Assembly: GCA_964576115.1 (NCBI GenBank)
Contig: CAZNUA010000018.1
Coordinates: 1 to 64,000 of the forward strand
Direction of reading: 5' to 3'
Length of the DNA: 64,000 nucleotides
Origin: an uncultured Gemmatimonadota bacterium
GTDB taxonomy: Bacteria; Blakebacterota; Blakebacteria; Blakebacterales; Blakebacteraceae
This document shows, in pieces, positions 63,324-64,000 of this stretch. Under the pieces are notes generated by a model, which saw nothing but the letters and a program-made list of their open reading frames with translations, was not told the origin of the DNA and made no database searches. The translations under genes and the position numbers were made by a program. Position 1 is the first letter of the stretch. Each line of letters starts with the position of its first letter.

Positions 63324-64000
63324 TGAAGCATCTCGCCGCAGACGAGATCCTCGACTATCTCAAAGGCAGAACCGGCCCCGAAACCTCGGCCCTGATCCGT
63401 CGGCACCTGGAGGAATGCGAGGTCTGCCGCTGTGAACTCGCCGCCCTGGAAACCACCACGACGTGGCTCGAGGCGTGGCCCGACGAAGCGGTCCCCGATG
63501 ACGTCCTCGGGCGGGTCAAAGACACTCTTTCGGGACTCTCGCCGGTGCCGGTTGAGGCCCTGCCCGCCAACGGAAGCGCCCGCCGGTCCGGCCGCCCGTG
63601 GCCGGCCAGGTTCGCCACCGCGGCGGCCGCCATCGTCGCCCTGCTGCTGGTCCAGACCTTTCTCTGGACTCCCTTCGGGACGACCGTCAACGTGCAGGGC
63701 CTGCTCACCCTGGCCCCACCGGCGATGGCCATGACGGCCGGGCAGACCGTACCCGACACGGTGCTGGTGATCACCCTGCATCCCGACGGAACGGTGAGCG
63801 TGCCGCTGATCGAGGGTCAACTCGCGTTCGACGATCTGACCGACCGGCTTCCCGGAATGGTCGGGGCGGACAGGTGGCGGACGATTCTCCTGCTGGGTTC
63901 AGATCCCGAGCATCCGGTCTCGATCCGGCTCGACCGTTTCGAGGCTCTCAAGGAGGCACTCGGAATCGACAACCTGCGTGTCGGAAGCGGGGTCGTGGGT
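63323..64000 (+). CDS. Zinc-binding anti-sigma factor (zf-HC2/ZAS) with a TM helix; 3' partial (absent from the ORF track)
   Basis: TGATG-coupled to the sigma gene. MKHL...RHLEECEVC (HxxxCxxC), TM FATAAAAIVALLLVQTFLW. Open to the window end. Confidence 0.85.
   Translation, partial: MKHLAADEILDYLKGRTGPETSALIRRHLEECEVCRCELAALETTTTWLEAWPDEAVPDDVLGRVKDTLSGLSPVPVEALPANGSARRSGRPWPARFATAAAAIVALLLVQTFLWTPFGTTVNVQGLLTLAPPAMAMTAGQTVPDTVLVITLHPDGTVSVPLIEGQLAFDDLTDRLPGMVGADRWRTILLLGSDPEHPVSIRLDRFEALKEALGIDNLRVGSGVVG

Noticed and set aside
1-64000. Prophage, IS element, integron, rRNA/tRNA or defence island
   Set aside because: I saw no integrase, transposase, phage structural genes, tRNA cloverleaf or att-like repeats. 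The only defence-like genes are a single vapBC pair.

Overview
A gene-dense, high-GC bacterial scaffold, probably metagenomic. Its gene repertoire (duplicated orphan permeases with PadR partners, DUF5916 proteins, beta-propeller lipoproteins) suggests Gemmatimonadota/Acidobacteriota or a relative; this is inference only. It carries about 57 CDS and no rRNA, tRNA, CRISPR array or transposase that I can support. Housekeeping genes are icd, lepB and a pyrE-pyrF-pyrD/K operon. Most of the rest is envelope- and secretion-related: five MacB/FtsX-type duplicated orphan permeases (ADOP), four PadR regulators, two membrane-protein + winged-helix modules, several hydrolases, a VapBC pair, an ArsP/thioredoxin/ArsR module and an ECF sigma/zinc anti-sigma pair at the right end. 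The most striking observations are: (1) all five ADOP units share an upstream architecture, an ECF-type promoter (AAC-N16/17-CGT[A/T]) next to a palindromic putative PadR operator, and the same promoter motif precedes several other envelope genes; (2) the isocitrate dehydrogenase has a ~29-aa CxxC-x9-CxxC insertion in the loop just before the regulatory serine; (3) PyrD and PyrK are fused; (4) the anti-sigma factor has an ExbD/TolR-like C-terminal segment. A 100-N gap flanked by a 55-bp duplication splits the sigma gene and is most likely an assembly artefact. All family calls come from motif recognition, not database searches.
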